Shown here piece by piece: positions 37,960 to 47,134 of a stretch of DNA of 62,118 bases (position 1 is the stretch's first letter; each line of letters starts with the position of its first letter). Origin of the DNA: a virus (Duplodnaviria; Caudoviricetes); IMG/VR virus record IMGVR_UViG_3300031902_000007, positions 1 to 62,118 of that record; one strand, given 5' to 3'. The notes below the pieces were generated by a model, which ran no database searches, was not told the DNA's origin, and saw nothing but the letters and a program-made list of their open reading frames with translations. A program made the position numbers and the translations under genes.

Positions 37960-38687
37960 TGAATCCAGAGCTGGCGTCGGCGATCATAGCATCTGCAAAG
38001 AGGCTTGGCGTCAATCCGTTGGATGTCGGGACGGCTATTTCCTATGAAACTGGCGGTAAATTCGATCCAAACCTCTGGGGAGGCAAAGATCGGAACTACC
38101 TAGGGTACATCCAATTCGGTCCGGAGGAGCGCGCCAAATATGGCGTGAAAGAGGGCCAGTCTCCGACCGAGCAGATGGGCGCGGTGGAGAATTTCCTGCG
38201 CGATCGTGGCGTCAAGCCGGGCATGGGCTTGAAGGACATCTATTCGACGATCAATGCGGGGGCGCCCGGGCTCTACAATCGCAGCGATGCGGCAAACGGT
38301 GGCATGCCTGGTACCGTGGCGGACAAAGTCGACAAACAGATGGGGCCACACATGGAAAATGCCGCTACGCTTCTCGATATGGCGCCGGTCGGCGCGCTCG
38401 CGCAAGACCCGACCAGCCCGGTAGACCCGACACAGACGGCCGCCGGTGCCGCGGCCGCGCCCCTCTCGCTGGCGCCCGACGCGGTGGGGGCGTTGGCACC
38501 GCCAACCACGGCGCAGACGCTGGCGAAGCTCGGCGCGACGCTCAACCCCGCTCAGGCTGGTCAACCCGCCGCCCCGCAAGGATCGCAATTCCTCGCGCCG
38601 CAGCAAATCCAGATGCCTCAGATCAATCCGCAGGCGCAGCAGATCGCGGCGCTGATCGCGAAGCAGTACGGCATGGGTGGGGCCTGA
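37950..38687 (+). CDS. Virion-associated lysozyme/lytic-transglycosylase-like protein
   Basis: AISYETGGKFDP...GYIQFG...YSTINAG. Confidence 0.75.
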   Translation: MASMNPELASAIIASAKRLGVNPLDVGTAISYETGGKFDPNLWGGKDRNYLGYIQFGPEERAKYGVKEGQSPTEQMGAVENFLRDRGVKPGMGLKDIYSTINAGAPGLYNRSDAANGGMPGTVADKVDKQMGPHMENAATLLDMAPVGALAQDPTSPVDPTQTAAGAAAAPLSLAPDAVGALAPPTTAQTLAKLGATLNPAQAGQPAAPQGSQFLAPQQIQMPQINPQAQQIAALIAKQYGMGGA

Positions 38688-38688
38688 C

Positions 38689-39708
38689 ATGGCGTTCTGG
38701 CAATGGTCGCGAACCGCATCGAATGACGCTACGGCGGACCCGACCATAGGGTGGTCTGAGGGCATGGCCCCGTCTGCCGTCAATGATTCGGCCCGTGCCA
38801 TGATGGCTAGACTTGCCGAAAACCGTGACGACATTTCAGGGCTCCTCACCACGGGAGGAACATCGACGTCTTACACCCTTTCGACTTTTCAACTTGCCGG
38901 TGGGAATGGCTTAGCGGCAACGCCGAACGATGGCCAGCTGATCGCGTTCTCTCCGCATGCCGTGAATGGCATCGCCCCGACACTGACGGTTGACGGCGGC
39001 ACGACTTACCCAATTCAGTCGTCTCCTGGTGTCGCGATTTCTGCGGCTTCTCTCGTTACTGGCTCGCCGTACTCGGCGAAGTTCTCGCTGAGCAACCTCT
39101 CATGGATTTTGTTCGGGTTCTACGCCAATCCGTTTAACATTCCGCTGGCGTGCGGCATGGATTTTTGGGGTCCGTCGATCCCGAACAGCAACTTTGCTTT
39201 TCCCGCCGGCCAAGCAATTTCGAGAACTACATATTCCACGCTGTTCGGGTTGATTGGTACAACCTACGGCACAGGCGACGGCATAAACACGTTCAATCTT
39301 CCGGACAAGACCGGTCGCGTATCCGCGATGCGTGAGACGGTGATAAGCCGGCTTACCGCAGCGTATTTCGGCGGGACATCCTCCAACTTGGGAGCGGTCG
39401 GAGGATTTGAATCCGAAACCCTGACATTGGCACAATTGCCAACTAACATCACGGTCACCGGGACAGTGACAGTGAACCCTAGCGGTAATAATGGGCTGTT
39501 CGTTCCGGTCAATAATACATTCTGGACCAGCATTAACGCCACTTCCGGCGGCACGACTGCTGTCGCTGCTTCCGGAGGAAATGCTGCTGTGAGCGGGGTG
39601 AATCAGTTTTCGGGGACGAATACCCTGACATCCAACAACACCAGCGGCAATCCTCATGCGAACGTCCAGCCCACGATCATTTGCAATTACATCATGAGGA
39701 TCATCTGA
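38689..39708 (+). CDS. Tail fibre protein with tail-collar domain
   Basis: EGMAPSAVNDSARAMMA N-terminus; GQAISRTTYSTLF..IGTTYGTGDG.NTFNLPD collar; HANVQPTIICNYI. Confidence 0.88.
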   Translation: MAFWQWSRTASNDATADPTIGWSEGMAPSAVNDSARAMMARLAENRDDISGLLTTGGTSTSYTLSTFQLAGGNGLAATPNDGQLIAFSPHAVNGIAPTLTVDGGTTYPIQSSPGVAISAASLVTGSPYSAKFSLSNLSWILFGFYANPFNIPLACGMDFWGPSIPNSNFAFPAGQAISRTTYSTLFGLIGTTYGTGDGINTFNLPDKTGRVSAMRETVISRLTAAYFGGTSSNLGAVGGFESETLTLAQLPTNITVTGTVTVNPSGNNGLFVPVNNTFWTSINATSGGTTAVAASGGNAAVSGVNQFSGTNTLTSNNTSGNPHANVQPTIICNYIMRII

Positions 39709-40164
39709 ATGAGCGTGGTGCAGACCGATCTTCGGCAGACCCGACCGAGCGCGCGGGAGACCAGCTATTCGCCGGTCGCGCCGTTGACGGCGTACAACGT
39801 TCAATTCGCAATTGAGCAGGTGCAAGCCGAGATCGTCGCGAACGCCTCGAAGCCTCCGGCTATCGTTGCAACATCCATCGCCTTTGCGAATTCGCCTTAT
39901 ACAGTTCTGGCAACAGATTATTTGATCGATGTCGATACAGTCGGCGGCGCTGTAACCATCAATCTTCCGTTAGCGGCGTCCCGTAATAATCTTGACGTGA
40001 CGATCAAGGATTCAACGGGTCATTCGTCGACGCCCGGAAACGCTATCAGCGTTGTTCGCGCTGGCGCTGAGACGATCGATGGGCTGACTACATACCCGAT
40101 AGCGAGCGATTTCGGAGCCTACAAGTTCAAGCCGATAACTGGCGGCTGGGTGGTGATCCCATGA
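39709..40164 (+). CDS. Tail fibre-associated protein
   Basis: NVQFAIEQV; VDTVGGAVTINLP...TIKD...ETIDG. Confidence 0.7.
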   Translation: MSVVQTDLRQTRPSARETSYSPVAPLTAYNVQFAIEQVQAEIVANASKPPAIVATSIAFANSPYTVLATDYLIDVDTVGGAVTINLPLAASRNNLDVTIKDSTGHSSTPGNAISVVRAGAETIDGLTTYPIASDFGAYKFKPITGGWVVIP

Positions 40165-41477
40165 TGAAGCGAATCTTTGGCGCGTTGATGGGATGTCTGA
40201 TCGCCTCGGCGGCGATGGGGCAAGCTCAGGTTGGGCCCGGCAATGTGCTCGGGAATACGACCGCGGCTCGCGCGCCGGCTGCGGATTCGTCCGTCACGCT
40301 CTTGCTGGATAGAGCTCTAGGCTCGACGCGGGGCTCCATCATTGAGCGTGGGGCATCGGGCTGGGCAATCGTCGGTCCCGGCACCACGGGCAAGCCTTGG
40401 GTCAGCGGGGGGGCTGGCGCCGATCCGTCCTACGCCACGCTTGGCATCGTGGGCGGCGGCACAAATTGCGCCGCAGCCTCTGGAACGTGTCTCGACAACA
40501 TCACGGGGTTCGCTTCGAACGGATACATCAAGCGGACTGGTGCTGGCACATATTCGCAGGTTGCAACCGTCCCGATCGCCGACGGCGGCACTGGGCAAGG
40601 TAGCGCTGCAACTGCGATATCAGCCCTGATGCCGACGCCGACGCGCGCTGGCGACGTGGCTTATTGGAACGGATCGAATTGGGTCACACTTGCTGGCAAT
40701 AATTCGGGGACGCAATTTTTCTCGGAGAATAGCTCTGGAGTTCCTGCATGGGCAGCGGGGTCAGGAGTTACGAGCGTTGTATGCGGAACTGGTCTTGATG
40801 GGGGCACCATCACCTCGACCGGAACGTGTTCGCTGTCTGCGGCACGCCGCACCCTTCCAACACGACAGATCTTTACGTCAGGCACTGCTGCGACCTATAC
40901 GGCTCCCGCCAACGTATTATGGCTGCGCATTCGCATGGTTGGCGGCGGCGGCGGCGGCTGTGGATCTGGAACAAGCCCTGGATCGGCTACCGCGGGGACT
41001 TCGAGCACCTTTACCGGATCGGGGACGACGAACACCACGTTGACCGGAACCGCAGGCACTAACTGCTCGGCCAATGCTGCTGGTACTGGGGCGATTGCGA
41101 CTGGAAGCGCTTCGGATGTACTTTTGACAGGTGCCAACGGAGGGCCCGGTGCGGGCACAGCGCAAACCAACGGCGGCGCTGGCGGGATATCCTGCTACGG
41201 TAGCGGTGGCATTGGCGGCGTTGCTGGCGGCGGTGGCGGATCGGTAGCCGGTCCTAATTCCGGATCAGGCGGCGGCGGAGGCGGCGTCAACGCTACTGTT
41301 CTCGGAGGCGGCGGCGGTGCGTCTGGCGCATGCGCTGAGCGTTTCCAACTATCACCCTCGGCTACTTATACCTACACGGTTGGAGCTGGCGGGAGTGCCG
41401 GCACGGCTGGCACCGGTGGTGCTGGCGGCGGTAACGGGGCGGCTGGGTTGATTATCGTTGAGGAATTTTACAACTGA
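40161..41477 (+). CDS. Glycine-rich tail fibre-like protein with N-terminal signal peptide
   Basis: MMKRIFGALMGCLIASAAMG signal; PIADGGTG repeat; IRMVGGGGGG...YTVGAGG...GLIIVEEF Gly-rich domain. Confidence 0.75.
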   Translation: MMKRIFGALMGCLIASAAMGQAQVGPGNVLGNTTAARAPAADSSVTLLLDRALGSTRGSIIERGASGWAIVGPGTTGKPWVSGGAGADPSYATLGIVGGGTNCAAASGTCLDNITGFASNGYIKRTGAGTYSQVATVPIADGGTGQGSAATAISALMPTPTRAGDVAYWNGSNWVTLAGNNSGTQFFSENSSGVPAWAAGSGVTSVVCGTGLDGGTITSTGTCSLSAARRTLPTRQIFTSGTAATYTAPANVLWLRIRMVGGGGGGCGSGTSPGSATAGTSSTFTGSGTTNTTLTGTAGTNCSANAAGTGAIATGSASDVLLTGANGGPGAGTAQTNGGAGGISCYGSGGIGGVAGGGGGSVAGPNSGSGGGGGGVNATVLGGGGGASGACAERFQLSPSATYTYTVGAGGSAGTAGTGGAGGGNGAAGLIIVEEFYN

Positions 41478-41493
41478 TGAAGGGCAACTTCCG

Positions 41494-42624
41494 ATGAAGC
41501 GCTTATTGATGATCGCCTTGGGGGTATTCTTGGCCGTCGCTGTGTCGAGTCGATCCGATGCACAGACGACCACCACTGAGACCTGCAGTTTTGCGGCAAT
41601 CCCTGTGCTGCAAGGCGACCATGTCATTTGCAGCTACACGGCTGCATTCAGCGGACCGTGCAATGGCTCTGACCTCTACAATCAGTGGACGGTATCGTCC
41701 AGTCCTCAGTCAGATCGGACCTGGGCGATCACTCCTTGGGAAAATCACTGGATCAAGATCATCGGGCATTCGATCGTCGACAAGTCTGGGAACATCAATC
41801 GAAGCGCTTGGGAGATCGGGTCAGGCTATATCGCCGATATGCAAGGGTATCTTGGCGCCGACAGGAAAGAGACCACTGTGTTCTACCCGGCTGGGTACGT
41901 CTGGATGTACCCGCCGCGGGGGTATCTGCATGGTCCGGGCGATCCGGTGAAGGACGTTCACGGCTCATGCACCGGCGGCGGTACCGCAACCGTGCAAGTC
42001 ACGTTCTACTACGTAAGCGCTGAAGGGCTTGTGCCACCGGCACCGCCGCCGCCATTGTGCACGACATACGCCACGCTCAATCCTGCAGATAAAGCCCCGG
42101 GCATTGCTTTGTCGAATGGCAATCTGACGGCAACCAGCAACGGGGCCAACAGCCATCAGATGGTGCGAGCGACGACGGGTATCGCACCGAACACATACCG
42201 AGTGCATTACGAATTTACGATTTCAGGCATGGGCGGCGCGGGGACGCCGATCAACGTGTTCGGCCTTCAAGACGCGAGCGCTCCGACGAATACGCAGCTC
42301 GGCTACACCGGAACGTCGTTCGGCGTTGGTTACAACGCGGGGAATGGATACACCTATGCGGCCAACTTCTCGCCGGCTGGGGGTCCATCGTTTCCGATGC
42401 CAAATGGGACGTATGCCGTTGACTACGACAGCTTCTCAGGTGTCGCGTCGATCACCGGACCAGGGATCATCTTCTATACGTCGCGGACGATGACGACCAC
42501 TGCAACGTTATTTCCCGGATACTCGGCTTATGGATCGACATCCGGCAGCGTGACATTCAATTTCGGAGCGTCCACATTCTACTATGGCACGCCGGCTGGA
42601 TATCAATCGGGGCTCTGTCAATAA
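41494..42624 (+). CDS. Signal-peptide-bearing protein with C-terminal SPRY/lectin-like domain
   Basis: MKRLLMIALGVFLAVAVSSRSDA/Q signal; LNPADK...LSNGNLTAT...TFNFGAS.F.Y..PAGY; 6 Cys. Confidence 0.7.
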   Translation: MKRLLMIALGVFLAVAVSSRSDAQTTTTETCSFAAIPVLQGDHVICSYTAAFSGPCNGSDLYNQWTVSSSPQSDRTWAITPWENHWIKIIGHSIVDKSGNINRSAWEIGSGYIADMQGYLGADRKETTVFYPAGYVWMYPPRGYLHGPGDPVKDVHGSCTGGGTATVQVTFYYVSAEGLVPPAPPPPLCTTYATLNPADKAPGIALSNGNLTATSNGANSHQMVRATTGIAPNTYRVHYEFTISGMGGAGTPINVFGLQDASAPTNTQLGYTGTSFGVGYNAGNGYTYAANFSPAGGPSFPMPNGTYAVDYDSFSGVASITGPGIIFYTSRTMTTTATLFPGYSAYGSTSGSVTFNFGASTFYYGTPAGYQSGLCQ

Positions 42625-42650
42625 TCGAAATCGTGAATTAAGGTTCAATC

Positions 42651-43226
42651 ATGGCAAACATAGCTGCTTTGACCGCGAAAAACTCAGCCCGTTGGCAGGC
42701 CTGCCACGTCAGGTCAGACCTGGCCGCCACGATCAACCGCGTGGCGAGCCGACTTGTCAGCGCTAAACCGCGCTATCAGGCGGTTGAGGCATCCACCAAG
42801 GTTCCGTGGTCGATCATCGCGGTAATCCACGAGCGCGAATCATCGCAGAGCTGGCTGGCGTCCATCGCGCAGGGCGATCCTTGGAACAAGGTGTCCATCC
42901 ATGTCCCGAAGGGCCGCGGACCGTTCAAGAGCTGGGAAGAGGCTGCGGTTGACGCGCTCGTTCACTGCGCTCCCTACGCGGCCCGCTGGATGGACTGGAC
43001 CATGGGGGGCGCTCTGACCCTGCTTGAGCAATACAACGGCCTCGGCTACGCCGCGCGCGGGCTGCCATCGCCCTACATCTGGGCATCGACGGACCAGTAC
43101 CACGCCGGCAAATACATCGCCGATGGCCATTTCGACCCGAACGCGGTTGACCATCAGATCGGGTGCGCGGCGCTGCTGAAGGCCATGATGGCTCTGGATT
43201 CCTCGATCGCGGAGGCCGCGGTATGA
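42651..43226 (+). CDS. Endolysin, lysozyme-like family
   Basis: VPW.IIAVIHERESS, HVPKGRGPF.SWEEAAVDAL, LEQYNGLGY, SPYIWA. Confidence 0.85.
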   Translation: MANIAALTAKNSARWQACHVRSDLAATINRVASRLVSAKPRYQAVEASTKVPWSIIAVIHERESSQSWLASIAQGDPWNKVSIHVPKGRGPFKSWEEAAVDALVHCAPYAARWMDWTMGGALTLLEQYNGLGYAARGLPSPYIWASTDQYHAGKYIADGHFDPNAVDHQIGCAALLKAMMALDSSIAEAAV

Positions 43227-43330
43227 GGTTCTGGTTCGCCGTCGCCATTTGTATCGGAGTGCTTATCGTCTGTGCCTACGGCCTTTATGCGGCCTCGCAT
43301 ATCATCACCATCTCATCGCTCTGGAGCTAG
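43223..43330 (+). CDS. 35-aa single-TM peptide
   Basis: Hand translation MRFWFAVAICIGVLIVCAYGLYAASHIITISSLWS*; ATGA overlap. Confidence 0.45.
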   Translation: MRFWFAVAICIGVLIVCAYGLYAASHIITISSLWS

Positions 43331-43332
43331 CA

Positions 43333-43695
43333 ATGAACCTGACACCTCTGCAGATCATCGGAATCGTCTTGGCCATCAACGGCGCGCTCACGGGCGCCAC
43401 CGCGCAGCTCACCGACCTATTCGGCGCCCTTGTGGCTAAGGACATTGTCTCGGTCGCCAGCCTTGGCAGCGCGATCCTGGGCGGCATCATCACGGCCATC
43501 TCTGGGCAGGCATCGCAGATTCGGAACGTCGCGGCTATCCAGGGCGATGACGGCAGGCCAGCCGTTCGGATCAACGTCAACGCCAACGCGACGCCGGACC
43601 TAGCTGCCATGGCTGTGGATCCCAAGCAGCCAAACGTCGGCGCGACGACGCCAGCGGTTCGTGAAGTCCTCAAAGACACCGCCAGGAGCGCTTGA
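43333..43695 (+). CDS. Putative holin-like membrane protein
   Basis: GGAG RBS; two TM segments; follows endolysin. Confidence 0.6.
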   Translation: MNLTPLQIIGIVLAINGALTGATAQLTDLFGALVAKDIVSVASLGSAILGGIITAISGQASQIRNVAAIQGDDGRPAVRINVNANATPDLAAMAVDPKQPNVGATTPAVREVLKDTARSA

Positions 43696-43696
43696 T

Positions 43697-44203
43697 ATGA
43701 AGTGGATCGTCCGCCTTCTCTTCGTCTCGTTCGCCATTTCCTTTTGCAGTTTCGGTCCTGCGGCAGCGCAGACGAAGCTGAAGCTTCCGATCGATCCGCT
43801 CGGGCTGAATGACCGGGCCGCTAAGAGCAGCGGCAGCCCGCTGGAGGACATCATCGGAGCACTCGACGCCAAGTTGCTGCCCGACTTGGAATACGCGCTC
43901 AAACTCGCCACGGCGTCGAACAGCAAGGTCACCGCGCCATGCTATCAGGCGTGGATCGATATCATCAATGTGCGGCAGAAGGCCGTGCAGGATGCCAACG
44001 GCGCGGACCTCCCGATGCCTGATCCTGCGATCATCACCAAGTTCGAGAAGCTAGTCGAGATCAGGGAGTCGCTGCGGCCCGATTCCAACTTCATGATCAA
44101 GTGCTCGCCGGTCGCCAGCATGATCAAGAAGGACATCGTCAGCTTCATCGCGACCGTGCTTTCCGGCGGGGCCGGGCTTGCGGCGCTGGGTGTTGGTCTC
44201 TGA
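43697..44203 (+). CDS. Exported protein with C-terminal hydrophobic tail (spanin-like candidate)
   Basis: N-terminal signal, 2 Cys in mature part, hydrophobic C-terminus. Confidence 0.55.
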   Translation: MKWIVRLLFVSFAISFCSFGPAAAQTKLKLPIDPLGLNDRAAKSSGSPLEDIIGALDAKLLPDLEYALKLATASNSKVTAPCYQAWIDIINVRQKAVQDANGADLPMPDPAIITKFEKLVEIRESLRPDSNFMIKCSPVASMIKKDIVSFIATVLSGGAGLAALGVGL

Positions 44204-44451
44204 TGGAATACCTCCCCGACATTGAGCGCTTTCTGACCATGGGAGTGGCGCTAATCGCCGCCATCGGCAGCATACATAACGCGCGCAAGATCAAGGAGGT
44301 TCACATCTCGATCAATAGCCGGATGGATCAGTTGCTGACGGCCACCGGTCAGGTATCAGAGGCCAAGGGATTGGCCGAGGGTCGCGCCGAGACGCGCGAA
44401 CTTCCGGACGATCGAGATGGCAACGGGCTGCTGGACAAGCTGAAACGGTAG
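44203..44451 (+). CDS. Single-TM protein in lysis region
   Basis: TGATG coupling; VHISINSRMDQLL motif. Confidence 0.6.
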   Translation: MEYLPDIERFLTMGVALIAAIGSIHNARKIKEVHISINSRMDQLLTATGQVSEAKGLAEGRAETRELPDDRDGNGLLDKLKR

Positions 44452-44464
44452 AAGAAACGCGACC

Positions 44465-45010
44465 ATGGGCGTGATCATTCTACGCTTTGTCCACAACCCG
44501 TCCGGCTCTTGGCTGTCGCGCCTTCTGGTGCGGCTCATCCTGTTTCAGATGAGGTCGCCGACCGGGTATTCTCATGTCGAGGCCCTGACGCCTGACGGAT
44601 TCTACATAGGAGCGCATTCGACTGGGGTTGAGAAACGATGGATGGATTATGATGCCGGGACGCCGGGACTGCGTGAGAAGTTCCTGGCTATAACCGTCAC
44701 CGCGGAGCAGGCAAGGATCTTCTATCACTATCTGAATGCGCCGCAGGTGTTGGGCGAGCGCTACGGCTTCTGGGATATCGTGGGTTTCACCTTCTATTTC
44801 AACATCCACAAGCGTCACACGGTCGTGTGCTCGGCGCTGCAGGCGCTGGCATTACGTGCCTGTGGGGTGTTTCCGGTCCCGTTGCCGATGTTCGCGCACC
44901 TGATATCCGTGTCCATGCTCCTGATGATGCTTACCGAGCGTCCGGATGTCCGTGTCGTGGAACGGACCGACCCCGCATTCGTTGCCCACATAGCGGGAGC
45001 CCATGGCTGA
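44465..45010 (+). CDS. Permuted papain-like (NlpC/P60-related) enzyme
   Basis: YSHVE precedes G.RY and VCSAL (His before Cys order). Confidence 0.55.
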   Translation: MGVIILRFVHNPSGSWLSRLLVRLILFQMRSPTGYSHVEALTPDGFYIGAHSTGVEKRWMDYDAGTPGLREKFLAITVTAEQARIFYHYLNAPQVLGERYGFWDIVGFTFYFNIHKRHTVVCSALQALALRACGVFPVPLPMFAHLISVSMLLMMLTERPDVRVVERTDPAFVAHIAGAHG

Positions 45011-45299
45011 CAGCTTCCTCGGTCTGGACTTCAAGCTGATGATTGCCGGCGCCGGCGGCGGGCTATCGATCATCTACGCCTTGAAAAAACCGGAGGCGTG
45101 GGAACTTATTGCCGGTCTTGTGATCGGCAGCTTCACTGCCAATTATCTGACCATTCCGGTGTCTAAAATCTTCCCTTTCTCGTTCATACCGGCGGACTAC
45201 ATTCTATCGATCGCGTTCATGGTCGGCATCGGAGGGAAGTTCATATGCAGGCGCGGCCTGGACTACTGGAAGTCAAAAACCAAATTCAAGAGACAGTAG
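45003..45299 (+). CDS. Putative holin (3 TM)
   Basis: IAGAGGG...GSFTANYL...AFMVGIGG; basic C-terminus. Confidence 0.6.
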   Translation: MADSFLGLDFKLMIAGAGGGLSIIYALKKPEAWELIAGLVIGSFTANYLTIPVSKIFPFSFIPADYILSIAFMVGIGGKFICRRGLDYWKSKTKFKRQ

Positions 45300-45300
45300 C

Positions 45301-45696
45301 ATGACCTATGAAGCCACACCCCCGATCCTGATCTACCTCATCCGCACCGTGCTATGCATTTCGGCGCTCCTCGTGATCGTCCTGATGCAGAAGGCAGAGC
45401 ACGACAAATCCATCAACCGGCTCGATTCCAGATCACTGCGATCGTCGCGGCGGATGTTCTTCATCGCCATTGCCGGTGCCGTCGTGATTCTGCTGCTCAC
45501 CGATATGGATGGGATACCGCAGCCGATCGCTATTGCGATGCTGCTGCTGTTCACGGCGACGTCCGGGGTGCTCGCCGTCGATATCGTGGCCCTGAGCCAC
45601 CGGCCTCCCGCCACCGGGCACAAGGCGGCATCGGAGCAGCCTGAGAGCTATAGCGCAGCGCCGTCACGAATGGCTAGGGTCTGGCGGCGACTCTGA
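45301..45696 (+). CDS. Three-TM membrane protein
   Basis: Hydrophobic segments; last gene of the rightward arm. Confidence 0.6.
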   Translation: MTYEATPPILIYLIRTVLCISALLVIVLMQKAEHDKSINRLDSRSLRSSRRMFFIAIAGAVVILLLTDMDGIPQPIAIAMLLLFTATSGVLAVDIVALSHRPPATGHKAASEQPESYSAAPSRMARVWRRL

Positions 45697-45821
45697 TAGC
45701 TCATGCGACCCGGTCGTGACGTGCTTCCTACCGGGGCCGATGACATGATCGGGGTCGCGGCGCCGGATGAGGCGCTTGCGGGCCGACGATCTTGAAGCGC
45801 AGATCGTATCTTGGCTTTCCA

Positions 45822-46241
45822 TCATTTCGAATCCTCTCGATAAGTAGAAGTTAGTGCTTCCTTGCCCGCTGCTGTCAGCGTCACAAAGCTTTCATCGGTC
45901 CTGTCGTCGTGCGAGCTGACGAGCCATCCAGCGTCATGGCATTGATTGAAAATGTCAGGGTGCGTCAACGTCGATCCGTCGTCACAGAACGGTGCTAGGC
46001 ATTGGCTTGAGTGCCCGGTCCGGCCGCCAGCGGCTTCGATAGCCTTGAGGCAAGACAGCCGCTCTGGTGTCATCTCATCGTATCGGATCATAACTCGACT
46101 CGCTGTTTCGTCATTAGCGCCGCGTTGAATCGTCCAACACTTCACCGGCTCGTCATATTCATCTTCGCGTAGGTTCTGGAACGGCGGGGTCGGCTTCTTC
46201 CCGCAGAACGGACACGGCAGCAGCGCGCTCGGCTCGGTCAT
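45822..46241 (-). CDS. Hypothetical protein with Lar-like N-terminal LLPCPFCG motif
   Basis: First half of the Lar zinc site present, second CxxC absent. Confidence 0.55.
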   Translation of the reverse strand: MTEPSALLPCPFCGKKPTPPFQNLREDEYDEPVKCWTIQRGANDETASRVMIRYDEMTPERLSCLKAIEAAGGRTGHSSQCLAPFCDDGSTLTHPDIFNQCHDAGWLVSSHDDRTDESFVTLTAAGKEALTSTYREDSK

Positions 46242-46244
46242 GGC

Positions 46245-46448
46245 TCAGCCCTCCGTTGTGTTTATGGCCTTGCGCAGCCATTCATGTGCCTTGCGCTCAT
46301 CCTCGCTCTTGCTCAGCGGATTGAGCCGGCCCATAGCCCATGCAATGTAAGACCGCATGCGCCCGATATCCGTCTCCAGATCCATGATCCTCGCCTGCAC
46401 CAGACCGAGCTGGTAGCTGTGCGACGTGCGGTCGATGTCGTCGGCCAT
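46245..46448 (-). CDS. Hypothetical protein
   Basis: GGAGG RBS. Confidence 0.6.
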   Translation of the reverse strand: MADDIDRTSHSYQLGLVQARIMDLETDIGRMRSYIAWAMGRLNPLSKSEDERKAHEWLRKAINTTEG

Positions 46449-46449
46449 G

Positions 46450-46590
46450 TCAACGCCTCCCCTTGCGGATGTTCTCAAGCCGGCGAGCGCGATCGTTCCA
46501 CGGCGGTTGCTGCAGGCTGGCCGTCGGTCCGCCCTGGTTGCGGAGGATGAGCAGCAGCAGAGCGAGGCCAGCGATCCCGATGATCAGCAT
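46450..46590 (-). CDS. 46-aa single-TM protein
   Basis: Hand translation MLIIGIAGLALLLLILRNQGG... Confidence 0.45.
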   Translation of the reverse strand: MLIIGIAGLALLLLILRNQGGPTASLQQPPWNDRARRLENIRKGRR

Positions 46591-46805
46591 GGGTCAGAAC
46601 TCATCCATTCCGGACGAGCCCCGATTTCATCGGGAGATTCATTCACGCATATGTATGCTGCCTCGTCTTGGATGACGGCGGGAAACGTGATGACAGAACC
46701 AGTCGCACCATCGGTAGTGATGTAGCAAACCTGATTCATGTTGACGATAACGGTGCGCTCTGCAGCGCCCTTACCCTGTCGAAATCTCATCATTAATGGC
46801 TTCAT
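46584..46805 (-). CDS. Small hypothetical protein
   Basis: AAAGGA RBS; IVNMNQVCYI...VNESPDEI. Confidence 0.6.
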   Translation of the reverse strand: MKPLMMRFRQGKGAAERTVIVNMNQVCYITTDGATGSVITFPAVIQDEAAYICVNESPDEIGARPEWMSSDPC

Positions 46806-46852
46806 GTCTCAGTCCTTTTCGGTGCCATGTCAATTCCCTCGTTAATCCCCAA

Positions 46853-47134
46853 CTATCGGTTCACGTCTTCGTCCGGAACCTCGGACAGCTTCGCCTCAAG
46901 TTCCGGCGGCCAGGAATCCGGCAGGCCGTGGATGTCGAACATGTACGCCAGCTTCGCGATCCTGAGCGGGATAGGCTTTCGGCCGTCCTCGTATGATCGG
47001 ATGGTGTTGTTGTTGGTTCGGCGGCTGCCTTCATAGCCGAGCTCGATCGCGAACTCGTCGAGGGACAGGCCGAGTTTCTGGCGAATCCGCCGGAACTCAG
47101 CCTTTGACATGGTCTCTCGACTGTCGTGGTTCAT
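46853..47134 (-). CDS. XRE-type HTH regulator
   Basis: EFRRIRQKLGLSLDEFAIELGY...IRSYEDGRKPIP. Confidence 0.8.
   Translation of the reverse strand: MNHDSRETMSKAEFRRIRQKLGLSLDEFAIELGYEGSRRTNNNTIRSYEDGRKPIPLRIAKLAYMFDIHGLPDSWPPELEAKLSEVPDEDVNR

Noticed and set aside
38689-42624. Diversity-generating retroelement acting on fibres
   Set aside because: No reverse transcriptase and no adenine-variant template/variable repeat pair seen
45697-45821. ncRNA at the convergence of the two arms
   Set aside because: Only short hairpins without a clear U-tract or recognisable motif; most simply termination-related
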